Assembly: GCA_964035545.1 (NCBI GenBank)
Contig: OZ037767.1
Span: forward strand, 18,010,259-18,074,258
DNA: 64,000 nt
Source: Bugula neritina
Taxonomy: Eukaryota; Animalia; Bryozoa
Reading direction: 5' to 3'
In this document: in pieces, positions 63,101 to 64,000 of the stretch
How positions within the stretch are numbered: position 1 is the first letter of the stretch
Layout: the number at the start of each line of letters is the position of its first letter
Made by a program: the position numbers and the translations under genes
The notes under the pieces: generated by a model
The model's database searches: none
Told to the model about the DNA's origin: nothing
Seen by the model: only the letters and a program-made list of their open reading frames with translations

Positions 63101-64000
63101 GTACTGTAACATACTGAAACATACTGAAACATACTGAAACATACTAAAATATACTGGAGCATACCGAAACGTACTGCAACATACTGAAATATACTGCTAG
63201 ATACTGCAACATACTGAAATACACTGTAACATACTGAAATACACTGCAACATACTGCAACATACTACAACATACTGCAACATACTGCAACATACTGAATT
63301 ACAGTGTAACATATTGAAATACACTGCAACAAATTGGAGTATACTGCAACACACTGAAGTTTACTGTAATATACAGAAATGTACTGTAACAAACTGAAAC
63401 ATACGTCAACATACTGAAATACACTGCCACATACTGAAATATACTGCAACATACTGAAATTTACTGCAACATACTGAAACACACTGCTACATACTGAAAT
63501 ACACTGCAACATACTGACTTATACTGACATACACTGGAACATATTGAAATACACTGCAACAAATTGAAGTATACTGCAACACACTGAAATATGCTGTAAC
63601 ATATTGAAATACACTGCAACACATTGAAATATACTGTTACTTACTGAAATATAGTGTAATCAACGGAAATGTACTGTAACATGCTGAAACATACTGAAAC
63701 ATACTAAAATATACTGGAGCATACCGAAACGTACTGCAACATACTGAAATATACTGCGAGATACTGCAACATACTGAAATACACTGTAACATACTGAAAT
63801 ACACTGCAACATACTGCAACATACTACAACATACTGCAACATACTGCAACATACTGAATTACAGTGTAACATATTGAAATACACTGCAATACATTGAAAT
63901 ATACTGCAACACACTGAAACATACTGCAACATACGGAAATATACTGCAACATATCAAAGTGTATCGTAATATACGAACATGTACTGTAACATACTGAAAC
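54190..64000. repeat. Higher-order repeat, ~5.0-5.2 kb x2 (first copy lacks 210 bp near 56830)
   Basis: Offsets 4990 (54274/59264 through 56379/61369) then 5200 (56971/62171 through 58460/63660). Confidence 0.88.

Larger units (their letters stand above)
4070..64000. repeat. 10-bp tandem satellite, main array (~6,000 monomers, 20-bp dimer substructure, kb-scale higher-order repeats), runs off the window end
   Basis: Same monomers as the left arm, in one orientation throughout. No non-satellite sequence longer than a few bp was seen in 60 kb. Confidence 0.98.

Noticed and set aside
248-63932. All minus-strand ORFs in the track (60-400 aa, C/S/V/Y/Q/F-rich)
   Set aside because: They overlap in all three frames, are direct translations of a 10-bp repeat, and show no frame preference or domain-like sequence.
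4072-64000. CRISPR array or telomeric repeat
   Set aside because: No constant repeat with unique spacers and no cas genes. No G-run telomere motif, and kb-scale duplicated variant patterns point to recombinational amplification, not telomerase synthesis.

Overview
Eukaryotic heterochromatin-like window with no credible protein-coding gene. About 96% of it (1-1504 and 4070-64000) is one single-orientation 10-bp satellite with two monomer classes, ATACTGAAAT and AYACTGYAAC, mostly alternating as a 20-bp dimer. Nested kb-scale higher-order duplications (790, 840, 1765, 2140, ~5000-5280, ~6900 and 8129 bp offsets) almost always keep the 10-bp register. The array is interrupted once by a 2,565-bp non-coding insertion (1505-4069) with CACAG...CTGTG termini, a 2-bp CC target-site duplication confirmed by 8 empty-site copies, and ~225-bp block-conserved terminal inverted repeats. 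Best reading: a non-autonomous CMC/CACTA-type DNA transposon. Three points are unusual. (i) It sits directly beside a satellite variant identical to its own end (ACTGTG|CC). (ii) Ten bp inside each end is a second, Kolobok-like boundary (TTAA|GG...CC|TTAA). (iii) It carries a tRNA-like Pol III cassette (A box, B box, T8). The satellite also holds seven amplified copies of a TA-GCC-TA 5-bp insertion that looks like a TA-targeting transposon excision footprint. All ORF-track entries are artefacts of the stop-free minus-strand monomer. Counts and alignments were done by eye and no database search was possible.
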